A stretch of DNA of 64,000 bases, from assembly GCA_000708835.1 (NCBI GenBank), contig DF237281.1, positions 37,235 to 101,234 on the forward strand, in the 5' to 3' direction. The notes under the pieces were generated by a model. That model had not been told where the DNA came from. It searched no databases and saw nothing but the letters and a program-made list of their open reading frames with translations. The position numbers were made by a program, and so were the translations under genes. Every line of letters begins with the position of its first letter. Position 1 is the stretch's first letter. The DNA is from Klebsormidium nitens (lineage: Eukaryota > Plantae > Klebsormidiophyceae). Shown piece by piece: positions 26,701 to 39,379 of this stretch.

Positions 26701-29700
26701 ACGTTGTACAAGGTCGCATGGAATGGTTTGGAAAACGCCTCATATTGCGAAGTACTTGTCACCTTTTCCCTTTGGCTTGGATAGAGGTTATAGCCGGATC
26801 GTTGCCCTCACTTATCAAGGGGTTCACTGGTCTCCCTCTCTCCCAGTATTCATGTCAAAAAGGTCCCTATCTCTTGCTTTCGATCGGAGGTGATGTATCT
26901 TCGCCAGCCCGATGGTCATACCAGAGAATCAGTGGGCGCTCCTCCGGCACTCGCAACTTCGCCTTTGCGCTTTCCCCTGTCTTGCGTCAACGTTTCTTCT
27001 TCCGAGCATCTGACATTTATACCGCAAATCCAGCGAGGGCTTTCTGGTATTTCGTTTTAAACAACATAGTCATCTCCTCTTCTTTAGCACGCTAAGGAAG
27101 ACCATTAAGGAAGAGTGGTGCTTCTTGCCGCTCATCAGTATAATGTCTATACTCCTCTAGCAAGCTAAGGACCACATATAAGGAAGATCGGAGCTTCTTG
27201 CCGCTCATCAGCATAATGTATAAACTCCTCTAATCTTTATTATGCAGCAATATCATCCTGCGCGAGCTAGCGCTCGCCTCGGCTCAAGACTGGAGCCCCG
27301 CAGCCCCAGGCACCGCACGGGCCGCCGCCGGACTCCTGGAGCACCTTTCGGACGCTGCTTTGTCGCCGACCGAAGAGCTGGCCGCCGTCCGAATGGTGGA
27401 TGCGGACACTTTGGAGGCGGCGCTGCTGGAAAAGCGGGAGTGGGTAAGTCGCGCTGCAAGAGGGGGATAAGTGATTCGCTTCGAAATGCAACTGGTCGGA
27501 ATCTACTCACTCGATTGTTAGTTGCTATCCCTTCGTGGCAGCCCTTCTGGCCAGACGACCCGCGCCCTGCTGTGGAGGCCCTCGGCGCCATGTGCGTTGC
27601 AACGCTGAGCCGCCTGCTGTGATACAGCGTCTCACTGAACATGTTGGTCGCGCGAGTTGAACCCTTGTAAAAGTTGTGGGAGGGCGCAGCTTACGTCGTT
27701 CTTGATTGCCTGCTTCAGTGTGAGCATTCCCCTATTCGACATGACGGATTCATTGCTCCGCCTCTATCGAGATACAATTTGATGGCCGCAAGGCCCCATG
27801 TTTGGTTCTTCAAAGGTGTGATGCGGGCGAATGCTGCACCTGCAGGAACGCTACTTCCGGTGCGACGGCCTCCTCAGGCGATGGGCCCTTCTCGACGAGG
27901 CAAACCGGCGCATCGGGGCGGGGCAGCTCACACCGGAAGAGGCACACGAGGCGCGGCAATTGGCTGAGCAGGCGATACAAGGAGTGCAGGAGATTCTGGA
28001 TGGTGAGTGGGACACGTATACTGTGACGAGCGAGTGACGTCAGTCACGGTCAAGATTGGGTGCCAAGTGGACCGCATGGAAAGAGCATGGTCTTGCGAAG
28101 TTTCTGCGGGTTTCTCGCTTTGGTTGCGCTTGCGACCGTTCGCTCGGCGGACTCGTCTATCTCGTCTATCAGTCGTCTCCTAGGGCGCCCGAAGATGAAG
28201 ACATGACCAAATCCGCTTTGGTTTCGTATACGGGGAAGTCGCGCATCGGACATTGTTAAAAAGTCTGGAAGGTCGACCTGTTACTTGAGAGGTTCGTTGT
28301 CACGTAGATTACGCTCAAAGTCTGCTAGGTCATTAGTGTCCCTAGAAGGCAGTTTGAAACTCTCAATCCGGTGAGACTCAGCAAAGCAAGCGCAAACGTC
28401 TTCCTTCTTTTGCTTTAGTTAGCCTTGTCACACCAGAGCGCTCTGTTGCAACCAACAAACGAGCACAAGTCTTCTTTTTGCAGGCTGGCTGTCCGAAGCG
28501 GAGCTGGACGCGCCGAGCCCCGTCGGGGTGACGTCCGAAGAAGTTGAGATGACTGCGGCTCTGGTTGGGAAGGATGGGAAGCTCGAGCCAGCGGGCCGAG
28601 CCGAGTGCAGTGCCGTACACGATGCGATCATGGCGCTCGTCGAAGAGGGGGCCGCAGAGGGTAACGACATTCAGGTAGGTTTGTGAGCGGGTTAGGGGTT
28701 CGTCTGAGTTGTTTTTGCCGGAAGGACTCACAGAAAAGGTGATCACTAATATGTTGAGAGCGGTAGGGTCGAGCAGCGTGGAGATCAAGTCACGTGGAGG
28801 AGGCGGGCAACAGATAGCAGTAAGCCAAATGTAAACGGGCGGGTTGCAAAAGGCGCGGATGCGGGTTATGGGATTGGTTGCGTGTTGACCATCAAGCAGA
28901 CACTTTGATGCGGTGCAGTCCGACTCGGACCGGACAATGAAGCCTGATTGCTGGGCGTTTCGTTATCGGCAGGTTAACGTAAACCCCCTCCCTGGGAACA
29001 CCGGGCTGCTGAAGCTGCGAGCGTCTCGGGACGTGTCGGAACATGGAGATGCGGATGGCGCCGTCCTAGTTCGACTGTTGGCAGCCGCAGTCAGCGGTGA
29101 GAGCCTCTGCCAGAAGAGACAGTGGAGCGCTTTCATATTCTGTATCGCTATAACTGCAGCAGGGAAAAAGGGGAAGACACCAGACGGATCATAAAGACTT
29201 TTCTTTTTCCGTGGGCTGTTAACTTTTGCGCACCAACTGTATGATGTTCAGAGAAAGTGACAGGGTGGTCGTCTCCTGTCAGAGCTTGGGAGCTTCCCTG
29301 GTGACCTGCTTCCGGCAACCGCTCCTCCGTCAGTCCGCTCTTCCGTTTCTGCTGACCAGCTTTCCGTCCTCGATGATTCGCATTCTCCCCCAACCGCCGT
29401 GAAAGCTAAGCCCGTCGCCAATTTCCCCCCCTCGCAGGCGGCCTTCCCCCTCCAGCCCACCAGCTCCTCCTTCGGCCCTCCCGCATCGACGCCCGGTTTC
29501 TTTTCGGGGGGGACGTGGGCCCCGTCGAGGCGCCCCCCCTCCTGCGAAGCCTCTGCCGGCACTGCTGCATCCCGTCGCTCGCGCTGCGCGCCATGCACGC
29601 GCGGATTTACCTCGCAGGATTTGAAGGGTTTAGGATCGACGAGGCCGCGACCGACGTGGTGCAAGTGATCGCAACGAGGGGAGCGGCGGAGCTCTTCGCA

Positions 29701-30088
29701 CAGGAGCAGCTGCAGGTAGGCTATGGCGATGGTTTGTAGTTTATGGGCAATGATCAGGGGCGAGAAGGGTGGGGTTGCATCTAAATCCTACTGTTGTGAA
29801 ATTTGGTGAAAGAGTGCTTGGATTGTGCTTGGACTAATTCGTGTCAGGTCAAGGTACACGACGATACGACGCGTTGATGGTTCTGGCTTTCAGGTCTGAA
29901 TGTGAATTCCGTAGAATCAATCCCAGAGTGAAATCATTCCGGCTGCAGCGTCTTTGTCAGCACCTCCTTAAAATCAGCCGAGCTTTTCAAGCAATCTCCT
30001 GACTGCCTTGCAGGAGATCCTCCACTTGGAACGAGAGGCCACCCTGCGAAGCATGGATAGAAAGGAACGGTTCTCTCAAAGAGAGTGA
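20742..30088 (+). CDS. NUP107: Nuclear pore complex protein Nup107 (Nup84 family), about 14-15 exons (first ~20742-21409, 21790-22099, 22474-22845, 23176-23522, 23964-24104 ... last 30014-30088)
   Basis: Plant Nup107 motifs EAATWSLVWHLLGK..TSQQEACEYA..ACMRVVQWLEDLA, VSHVDPDAPTRE..DEELLMRGVWTLLKAGRL..LCRDVGQAWRAASL, RRLWKW and SKYEAAVYGALS, and terminal EILHLERE. Middle exon boundaries are approximate. Confidence 0.9.
27091..27235. repeat. Intronic tandem duplication, 2 x ~73 bp
   Basis: GCTAAGGA..AAGGAAGA..GCTTCTTGCCGCTCATCAG(T/C)ATAATGT..ACTCCTCTA begins at 27091 and again at 27164. Confidence 0.85.
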
Positions 30089-31695
30089 GGAGGTAGCTAT
30101 TGCAAAATGGACAAGCGCACTCAGAAGACCTAGTCAGAGTAAAACGTTCAGATGAGTCGTTAGGGCGATGCCCTGAAAACAGGCGAGCCATGAACGTCAG
30201 GAGTAAATTCGTCCACTTGACCAAAACAAGTTGTCGGATGCAATGTAGAGCCGGCTTTTGTCGTTTTAGTTGGGAATGATTTCACGTCATTGAATGACTC
30301 GTACCGCATATCGCCTATGAGCTCAAGTTCGTGGCCACCGCCCATGGCCCTCCGAAGATCGATTTTCATATATGCTCCGAATGCATGACATGACCGTCAT
30401 GGCGTTGAGTGAGAGCATGAGTTAGCCTGCTAGAAGCAAGATGTTGCCAATTTCAAGATCGTCACTTTCAGATCATGCTGCGTTGACTGACGAAGCGAGC
30501 CTTAAATCCAATCAGCTCATTTTTTTCTGCGTCTTCTTTCTGCATCTGGAAAACAAGGATCGCATGCAACTCAAATCTTCGGGTCCACTGAAATCAGCAT
30601 TCGTGACTGGTAGATCGACTGGATCCGGCATATGCTCGTTTGCCGCGGCTCTCAAATAAACCTCTCATGTCATGTCAACCGCCAGAATGTTTTTGAAGAG
30701 CCAAAAAGCTGCCAGGTCCGATGCAATCAACGTTAACGTGCCACCAGCTCAGTCCTAAGGCCACCCGGCAAAGTCTCGTGACGCCCTAAGTGTCTTGCTT
30801 TTGATGCTCAGTGCAAGCCGCGCCTCAACTCTTTGCGGCACTGAGAACGCTCGACAGACAGTCATTGCTGTCTGGCAGTTATCCTAGCAGGTTGCGAGAA
30901 GCAAAGGCTTGTGCGAATAAGTTTCTTTGCGAAGAACGTGATATACTGGGCACTTCACTGATATTCCCCTGGAGTCCAATTTTTGTCGGGCATTATTTTC
31001 AACCGATGATTTGATGAGTTCGCAGCTTCTCGTCTCTTCCTAAAATCAGGGGCTTTGAGATCAATGGTAAACTCGGACCTTCCAAAACAGAAAAAAACCC
31101 GGTGGTGGCACTTCGAAAAGTTCGCTTCAACATTGATCATAGGTCCTACCGAGGAAGTTCCCAAGAAGCCCTCTTCCTGGATCATTCATATGATCTATCC
31201 TCGTCAATGTACGTCTCCTGCAAGCATCCAGGATTGTACTGGATAGGCTTTTAGAGGGGGGCACCCGGCATATCGATCTCGAGAATGGTCGAGAGACCGA
31301 AAGTGAGCCTTGGTAGCACTCCTTTAGAAGCTCGCGTTCGATACTTGATTGCAAATCAAAATTGAGGGGTATGGCAAAGCACGTGCCGTTCCTTCCGTTT
31401 GACGTAGAGGTTCAAAAGTATAATGTGTAGAAGCAGAATTCACAAAGCTGTAACGAGGTTTCATGAGTACAACGAAGCGACAAAGTCTGTGAGAAGCTAT
31501 GATACTAAGAAGAAGTCCTTCAATTCATCAAACCTGCAGGAGTGTTGTCGTTGCCATGCTGGGAGCTCACCGAAGATTACAGGACAAACCCGTACGCGTC
31601 TACTATGCCGTTCAGGAGATCAGCAGTTTCTCTATATGCTGACGCTGATTTGCCGCATATTTGCAAGTACCGCCTCACTTATTTCCCAAAAGTTG

Positions 31696-31979
31696 TGGAG
31701 CTGGCGGGACTCGAACCCGCATCTCCCAGCCGGTCCAGCACCCCGGGCCCACCCGACCGCACGGAGCATCCTCGGGGCTGTATTGGCCCCGGGGGGGTGT
31801 TGCTGGGTTAATTGACGGCTCCCCCGGGGACCCGAGCACAGTGTGTCTGTGCTCAACCCTATGGGTGAACTTTCCGCCCCCCTTGGCTTCCAGAAAATGG
31901 ATCCAACCACTCCCGGAACGTTCCCCGGCCCCTCCATCTGGCGGGCGGTTCGGCGCTCTGCCGATTGAGCTACAGCCCC
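31696..31979 (-). ncRNA. tRNA-framed ncRNA copy 1 (284 nt, Ala-type acceptor stem)
   Basis: Minus strand: GGGGCTG TA GCTC AATCGGCA GAGC G [insert] GAGAT GCGGG TTCGAGT CCCGC CAGCTCC A. T4 follows within ~5 nt. TTTATAAA at -38..-31 and CCCACA at -69. Confidence 0.8.
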
Positions 31980-33490
31980 TTCGATATTGGTAACGTGCTT
32001 GGACTTGAGTTTATAAACGACACGGTTTGCATCTGCGCTGCCTGTGGGTCGACTTGGAGTCGGCCACCTGGACCTTTGGATGAGGCGCTTGAACGGTGAC
32101 GATCCCTCGATGGTTTGAACAAACTCACATCTGCTCGTATCTGTTGGCACTAATCAGCATCGTTGCTCGTTATTTCGTAAGGCTTTCAAGAAACGTATGC
32201 ATGGGGGGGTCTGCTTGCAAGACAGTCTGGCTCTGTCAACTTGATCATACACGCGTGCTGCTTTTACGCCTCCAGAAGACTGGCTAAATTATTCACCTTT
32301 CTCGCAGAGACTGAGTACATTCAGAGCTAATTTACTTATAAAGCTGGATAAATGATATAAAGCCCTTTGGTCCTCGGCTCTGATACTTGAACAAAAATAA
32401 AATTAAAGAAGTGGAAGTCGCTCCTGAAGGACTGACAAAGGGCTTTGTTGCGCTTCATTCCTAACCCGTCCCTGTCTTTACATCATCTTTCAAAGAGAGA
32501 GCAAGTGGCCACTTTTCAGGGTGGGTTTTCAATCTGAGGCAAACGTGCAAGCTGATTGGAAAGCCGAGAATGAGTTCCGCAGATTTAAAAAAACACTTTC
32601 AACATATGTTGGATTCAATACGTTGTGTGCCCACCATCCACAAAACAAGCCACCCAATAGAAAGGAAGCACGTTTGGAAACGTGGCGCAGTCTTCATAAA
32701 AAACAAACCGGCCTTTGAGCACTCTGGTTCTTCTAGTAAGCACCAGGACCCATGTCAAAGATGTGACGAACACTATAAACGAAGGGCCTTCCTCTAGACG
32801 TTCTGCCGACAGTCGCGAGTATCACTTCAGGGCCTGCAATGTTTGCTCCCAGCCCTTGGCACCTCTCACTCTCGCAGTTAGCCGGGTGAATCATCTACAG
32901 TAAGTGAGGACTTAAAGCGACTCTCAATTGCTACGCTGTACATCTAATTTGGTGAAAGCCCTGCGCAAGCGGGAATCTCCAAGTAGAGCTGTGCAACGTG
33001 TCCAAGACTTTGAACGAGTTAAAATCATGAAGGCCAAACTTCTCGATACCATTGTCTTCTTTGAACATTGAGTTAGCAGCACCCTGCGCACAACACTCTG
33101 GAGCAAAGCGCTCGAGCTCACAATAACGGCTTTTGAAGAGCTTCTCTGGTTGGCTGTCACGCTTTCAGGCCCGTCTTTGTCATGTAGCTAGCAGACGGAT
33201 CTCGGGGATCTGTGGGAGAAATTTGTTACGTCAATCTCACGACGGGCTTCTATCAACTACTTCAACTTCTTTAGGGATGGCTACATTAGTCAAGCCGGTG
33301 AAAGTGGACAACACTGGTCAAACGTATTTGCCCTTGCCAAACTCGACGCCTTGGACCGTTTACGTATTCGTTACTTCGTCATTCTTCAATGCTCAGGCCG
33401 CATCCTCGTCCTCGTTTGAGTTTTTGAAACAACAAAAAGATTTGTTGTAAGTATCAAAGTCCTGCAGCAACCGTGCAGGAGAAAAGGAAA

Positions 33491-33678
33491 CGGCGCTGAC
33501 GGGACTCGAACCCGCATCTCAGCCGGCCAGCGCCAGAGTCAGCGCGATACGCAGCTCGTAACGTCGCGCCGCAGTCGCAGAATCCGGCACACCTCCCCGG
33601 CGCGCAGCGCAGCCATTAGCAGTGGAACCCCCTCCGAGCGCAGGTGTTCTGGCGCTCTGCCGATTGAGCTACATCGCT
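33491..33678 (-). ncRNA. tRNA-framed ncRNA copy 2 (188 nt, subfamily A)
   Basis: AGCGATG TAGCTCAATCGGCAGAGCG CCAGA ... TCTGGCGC ... GAGAT GCGGGTTCGAGTCCCGT CAGCGCC G, then TTTCCTTTT. Two mismatches in the acceptor stem. CCCACA at -69. Confidence 0.72.
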
Positions 33679-34911
33679 GCCTTGTGCGAGAATTGTATCT
33701 TAAAGTGCTTATTACGCTGCCGTTCTCGAGGTTTCGATTTTTGTGGGTATTGCTTCGAAGATCGTCGAACGGTCGCGAGGCGATCGATGGCTAATCCGAA
33801 GCCTGAGGTCTGCGGCCCCCTTCGATGATTTTCCGCTCTGGCTGCAGTAGCCTTGATACCACATCCAACTAGTGCGAATCATTAAAGTCAAGTAGTAAGC
33901 CAAATTCGGGCAGCCGTGAGAACGAAATTTCAAGAAAGCGTTTGAAAAGTGATGGCGCTCTGGAGCGAAGCAAAGGGAGAACATAAACAGCGGGGCCAGC
34001 GTATGAGTGGCAAAGAGCCATTCCTTCGAAAAGTAAACACTTCGAAGGAAGTTTGAAGGAGCTGTTACACGAGCATCAGTCGATGCCAGGTGTCGTCACG
34101 GAGAGTCTTCGGCGTTCTGTGAGCCGTCAGCCGGGTGCCTTTCGCCGTTGAAGCGCATTGATGGTCACAAGAGAGAACCTCATTGATTTGTTAACGACCC
34201 GTCTTTTCAAATGTCGAAAGACGAGGAATGGCAAAAACAAGGCAACTCTCGCTACTTATCGAAGACCTCACTTACCAACTGATCACTTGGTACTTGCATA
34301 AAAAGAAGACTGCTGCTTACGAAGTGGTCGAATCGAGAGGTTTTGTGTTGCTTATTGATGCCACGGCGCTAGATCATGCGGCGCGACATTGAAGAGGTCT
34401 TCAAAGGCGAAGTCCAACCTGGCCGCGGCTTGCTTGTCAAAATCCCAGCTTATGTCAAGGTTGCCAGAGAAAAGCAGAAAACAAGTCTCAAAGGTACCGG
34501 TCGTGTAATCTATGTAAGCGTGTCTTATCAAATTCGAGGAGTGTCCTGGACGTGTCTCTTGGTTTGTAAATGGTTCAATCTACTGTGGGCTGCAGCTGCG
34601 CCTGGAGTGGAGGTAGTAAAGAACGAGAATGGTAGCTACAATAGCTGACACCTCTAAGTCACCTGGACTTGGAAGTGCTAGAGCCGGTTTCTCTACGTCG
34701 ATCCACCCGCGTTGAACACCAGAAAGTTACCCTGAAACTCAACGCCTTTTGCATCTCCAAAGTTCTAATAACTTCCTCTTCTCGCAGCAACGCTCACGAT
34801 TTGTTCCCCTCCTCCCTTAATTAAGCCGCCAAATAATCGAAAGGAGGGTTCAAACTTCAGACGAATCAATTGTAGCCTTTCATGCAGAGGTGCTGGCAAA
34901 AGTACTTCGGC

Positions 34912-35105
34912 GCGCGCTGGCGGGACTCGAACCCGCATCTCTCAGCCGGCCAGCACCAGGCGACGCCCGTTGTCGCTTGAGTGCAATACGTGACGCCGGA
35001 TTGTGCAGAATGCGGCACACTGTTCAGCGGAATTCTCCAGCCCGGCAGTGAAACCCCCGCCGGTCGCGGGGCATTCTGGCGCTCTACCGATTGAGCTACA
35101 GCGAC
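34912..35105 (-). ncRNA. tRNA-framed ncRNA copy 3 (194 nt, subfamily A)
   Basis: GTCGCTG TAGCTCAATCGGTAGAGCG ... GAGAT GCGGGTTCGAGTCCCGC CAGCGCG. The top two acceptor pairs are mismatched. T4 downstream, TTAATAAG near -35, CCCACA at -71. Confidence 0.72.
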
Positions 35106-37316
35106 GCCATTTGTGGGAATGGATGCATCATCAAACGCTTATTAACCTGCCATTGTCGGCGCTTCGATTTTGTGGGTACAGGCGTTCATGACCGGTGTTA
35201 GACCATCGAACGGTCGCGAAGCGACGGCTCCAAAGCCGGAGGTTTGACGCCGACTGAAATGGTTTTCCGCTCTGGCTGCGGTAGCCTCGATACCCGACAA
35301 GTAGTAAGCGGTTTCACGCAGCCGTTGATCAAGAAGTTCCGAAGAAGCGTTCGTGAAATAATTGCACTGTGGAGCCAAGATTGGGTTTAATGACAGCCAG
35401 CCCTGCTCATCATGGCAAGAGCCGTTGATTAAACGTCGGAGACTTTGGCGCAGATACGCAGGAGGCGCTAATAGGAGCGTACTACAATATCAATTGTCAC
35501 GAGGAGTCTCCGTGAATGTCCGTTCTGTCCCTGCGATCCCCATGCATCCAGGTGCCTGTCTCCGTTGAGGCGTAGTGAACGTCTACGGGGGCCACAATTA
35601 TCCTTGTTGACAAGTTGACGACGGCCGTCTAGTTTGCAGATGCCAAATGAATGAGTTAGAGCAAGGCAAAGGCGACGCTCGCCTGTGGCAGGTAAGTACT
35701 GTAGTGACCAGACTGCAAACCTCCTGCAAAGTGCCGCAGCCTTACCATGAGACAGATTGGCGTAGGGTCTAACGCATCAGACGGTAGCTTACAGATGACG
35801 GACGTCAATGTTCAAATCCACAAATGGGCTGCACCCCACTGGATGACACTTTTACTTTCTGCTCGCCCATTTCGGGCAACTGGTCTGAATGCTCAGTGAT
35901 TGGCTACTTCAATACAATGAAATGCAGCGTCAGACCTCGTTTTGGACTCCTTCGAGCTTCGTCCTATGAAGCGTGGGTTGAAACGAAATTTACCTATGCA
36001 ACTGGGCTGACACCTGTCCCTTTGATTCGTAAGATTTTGAGAACCGCGCGCCGGGTTCTTTCTATTTCTCCCTTTGCAGATGTTCGACTTGCGATATGAA
36101 TGTCCAGGAGTAGAATGCTCTCTGTGTGCTACTTATTCAGGGTTCGCTGCTTTTCTTATCATTCCATTTACCTGAGCACAGACGAATCTCTAAAGGCGCG
36201 CAAGCATTGTTGTCAAGCGGCGATCTCGGCGGCCAGCGCCCAAGCAACATCACCATATCTATGTGTTGATAGATAAGTCCCAATTACTTCACCCAGAAGT
36301 ACCGTCGACGACAGAGAATCTCCTTAACTATGTGCGGGCGACATTATCCAGATGATCTGGAGCGGCACGTTGTTTAACGGCGACGATGGTGGGTTATCGT
36401 TAGGAGAACGGGCTCTGGCACTTCAATCTATGGTAAGTAATGGGAACTTATGTCTCCTAAAACTTTCTAGAATTTCGTCGTTCGCCTTAGCAGGTGTTGC
36501 CAGCAAGACTTCGATTACGAGAGTTGGTTTCTTATCCAATTCACGTCACGTCCAGGACAATCCTCGAAATTGGTCAGACAATCGTACTTGGAGTAACTTC
36601 GAGACTTTATTCATGACTTTCCTCTCTGCGGCCAACTTGGATTAAGCCAGGCTTAAAGACAAGCAAGCAGCGGCCAACTTCAGCTTCTCATTTGAGGATC
36701 TTTCGAGTACAAGGCCGCAAAGATCTCGCACCCTAGCATCATTGAGCAGATCAAGTCCTCCAAGACCTGTACGTTTTCAAATGTAGCTACCCAGTGATCA
36801 GGTGAAAAGAGGTCGTACGTCTTCGGTAAAAATGCGAGCGTCGCCTTAGCCTTGCTTTTTCTCGTTCAATTAGCACTTGCAAACTAAACGGCCGTTGTCA
36901 ACCAGTCAACAAGGATAATTGTGGCCCCCGTAAACATTCACTACGCTTCAACGGAGAAAGGCACCTGGATACAGGGGGCTCGCAGGGACAGAACGGACAT
37001 TTACGGAGACTCCCCGTCACGATCTATATTGTGGTACGCTCCTATCGCGCTCCTTCGTATCTCCGCCGAAGTCTCCGATCTTCAAAGCAACGGCTCTTGC
37101 CATGATGAGCAAAGCTAGCTGTTATTGTACCCCCTCTTGGCTCTACAGCGCAATTCTTTCAAGAGCGCTTCTTTGGAACTTCGCGAATCAACGGCTGCGT
37201 GAAATTGCTTACTACTTGTCGGGTTTCGAGGCTACCGCAGCCAGAGCGGAAGATCATTTATCAGTCAGCGGCAGAACTCAGGCTTCGGAGCCGTCGCTTC
37301 GCACCGTTCCACGCAG

Positions 37317-37386
37317 TTCGACGGTCTAGATTCGCCAAGTGCCTCCACCCACAAAGTCGAGGCGCCGACAACGGCAGCTTCATAAG
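37317..37386 (+). promoter_or_regulatory. Upstream Pol III-type promoter of copy 4, representative of the family: TTCGACGGT (-101), CCCACA USE-like (-70), TATA-like (-39..-32)
   Basis: The same three motifs recur at matching distances in most copies, including the diverged copies 6 and 8 whose flanks are otherwise unalignable by eye. Confidence 0.6.
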
Positions 37387-37417
37387 CACTTGACGTACGA
37401 ATTCTGGCCTTAATGGC

Positions 37418-37614
37418 GGCGCTGTAGCTCAATCGGTAGAGCGCCAGAGCACCCGCGCCGGGAGGTGGTTCCACTGCCGGGCTGGAGTATTCCGCTGAAC
37501 AGTGTGCCGCATTCTGCACAATCCGGCGCCACGTGTCGCGCTCAAGCGCGAAGAAAGCGGGCGTCGCCTGGTGCTGGCGGCTGAGAGATGCGGGTTCGAG
37601 TCCCGTCAGCGCCA
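37418..37614 (+). ncRNA. tRNA-framed ncRNA copy 4 (197 nt, subfamily A)
   Basis: GGCGCTG TA GCTC AATCGGTA GAGC G ... GAGAT GCGGG TTCGAGT CCCGT CAGCGCC A, with a perfect 7-bp acceptor stem. CCCACA at 37348 (-70) and TTCATAAG near -35. Only T3 plus a hairpin downstream. Confidence 0.78.
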
Positions 37615-38882
37615 AGATCCCTTTGCCAGCACCTCTGCTGGAGACCTATACTTGATTCAATTGAAACGACGGCTCAAGTGAGGACGGAAAGGAAGCGTGA
37701 GCGTTGCAGACTGAAAGAGAACTTAATGGGAAGCTGGAGCCTGTCAAAGCCTTTAAGTCTGAGGGTGATTTATGGTGTTCAACAAGGTTGAATCAACGTA
37801 AGGGAGCTTGCTTTGGCACTTAAAGTCCTGGTAAACCAGAGGCGTCAGCTAGCTACCGTTCTCGTTTTGTCCTACCTCCGCTTCCGCAGCTGCTGCCATG
37901 CAAGACTTCTTTCACAATGGGGTTGATTATACAAAAGGCCACGAGAAAAGTTTAGGACACCCCTCGAAGTTGGTAAGACACTCTTTTCGTAGAGTAAGAA
38001 GATTACTTTTATTTCCTTCCGAGACATGTTCCCCAACGGGTTTCCTTGTGGCAACTCTGATATAAGATGGGAACCTGACAAGCAAGCAGCGGCCAAGTTG
38101 GACTTCGTATCTGAAGACCCCTCCGAAGTCGCGCCGCATGATCTAAGGTCGTAGCATCATTGATCAGCAAATCACAAATATTACAAGACCTTTTCACTTT
38201 TAGCAGTCCTTATAAATTATGCAGGTAACCAGTGGTCAGATGGTAAGTGAGGTTTCGGTCAAGTAGCGAAAGTTGCCCAACTCCGCCATATCTCGTTCCT
38301 TTAACATTAGAAAAGACGGGTCTTCTCGACAGGTCATTGAGTATTATTGCGGCCTCCATATCCATTTTAGGCTTTAAGGGGGAATGGCATCTGGCTGACA
38401 GCTCGCGGAGGCAGAACGTACATCCACCTTAAAGACTTTTCGTCACGATAAATGGCATCAACCGACCGCTCATATCAGCGCTCTTTCATTATTCCGCTCA
38501 TATCATCTGATCTTACAAACAGTTGGGTCTGTGCCACCTGTGGGTCGGCCCGGCTGTAGTAGTGTCCCCCCCCTCTCTCCAGAGGGGCACTACTGTACAA
38601 GCGCTTGCTTCGAAGTTCGTAGTCGACGGCTGCCTGATGTGGCTTACTACTGTACCTGAGTCTCAACTCACACTAGCTGGTTGCGGGTATCGAAGCCACG
38701 GCAGCCAGGTGCCATTTGCAAAGAGAAAAAACAAAATCTCAGTTGGTCGTCGAGGCTTTGGAGCCGTCGCTTCGCGACCATTCGACGGTCTCGTATCGAT
38801 CAGCGCCTCGACCCACAAAACCGAAGCTTCGTAAACGGCAGCTTTTTAAGCAGTTGATGGTACGTTCTCTCGCATGAAAAGC

Positions 38883-39082
38883 GGCGATGTAGCTCAATTG
38901 GCAGAGCGCCAGAACGCCCGCGCCCGGAGGGGGTTCCACTGCTGATGGCTGCGCTGCGCGCCGGGGAGTGTGCCGGATTCTGCGAATGCGGCGCGACGTT
39001 ACGAGCTGCGTATCGCGCTGAGTGTTCGCGTCGTGTGGCGCTGGCCGGCTGAAAGATGCGGGTTCGAGTCCCGTCAGCGCCG
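38883..39082 (+). ncRNA. tRNA-framed ncRNA copy 5 (200 nt, subfamily A)
   Basis: GGCGATG TAGCTCAATTGGCAGAGCG ... AAGAT GCGGGTTCGAGTCCCGT CAGCGCC G, then ATCACTTTTT. CCCACA at 38812 (-71) and TTTTAAG near -35. Confidence 0.78.
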
Positions 39083-39347
39083 ATCACTTTTTCGCAAGGA
39101 CGGCAACTAAAGGACTTCAGTTCTTACAGAGACATTCTAGTTTTGGAAATCGAAGAGTTCGAAGGATTCAGTAAGCGCTGACAAGACTCAGCGTCCTTCG
39201 CTGTCCAGCAACCCAAAACGGTTGGATTGTGACGTTGAGTCCTCAGAAGGTGGATGTACGTTCAGTCGCTGCGAGCCGTGCCTTTTCCCCTTGTCATATG
39301 CACATTGATTATCACGACCGCAATTATCCATGATGACCAGCTAAAAG

Positions 39348-39379
39348 GACAAGTTGACAAGTTGACAAGTCGACAAGTA
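39348..39379. repeat. Short tandem repeat (GACAAGTN)x4
   Basis: gacaagtt gacaagtt gacaagtc gacaagta. The paralogous flank at ~35607 has about 1.5 units. Confidence 0.85.

Larger units (their letters stand above)
34884..37639. repeat. Large inverted duplication, arms ~34884-35682 and ~36833-37639 (each with one ncRNA copy plus flank)
   Basis: For example, 35521-35610 (CGTTCTGTCCCTGCGATCC..ACGGGGGCCACAATTATCCTTGTTGAC) is the reverse complement, with substitutions, of ~36905-37000. Confidence 0.85.

Noticed and set aside
2780-29640. Scattered TTTAGGG/GGGTTTAGGG telomere-like heptamers (e.g. ~2780, 3113, 22746, 29628)
   Set aside because: Single units inside coding exons (GFRG-type codons), not arrays.
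31047-31075. GGGGCTTTGAGATCAATGGTAAACTC as a tenth RNA 5' half
   Set aside because: Weak A-box resemblance only, with no matching T-arm or acceptor strand downstream and no upstream motifs.
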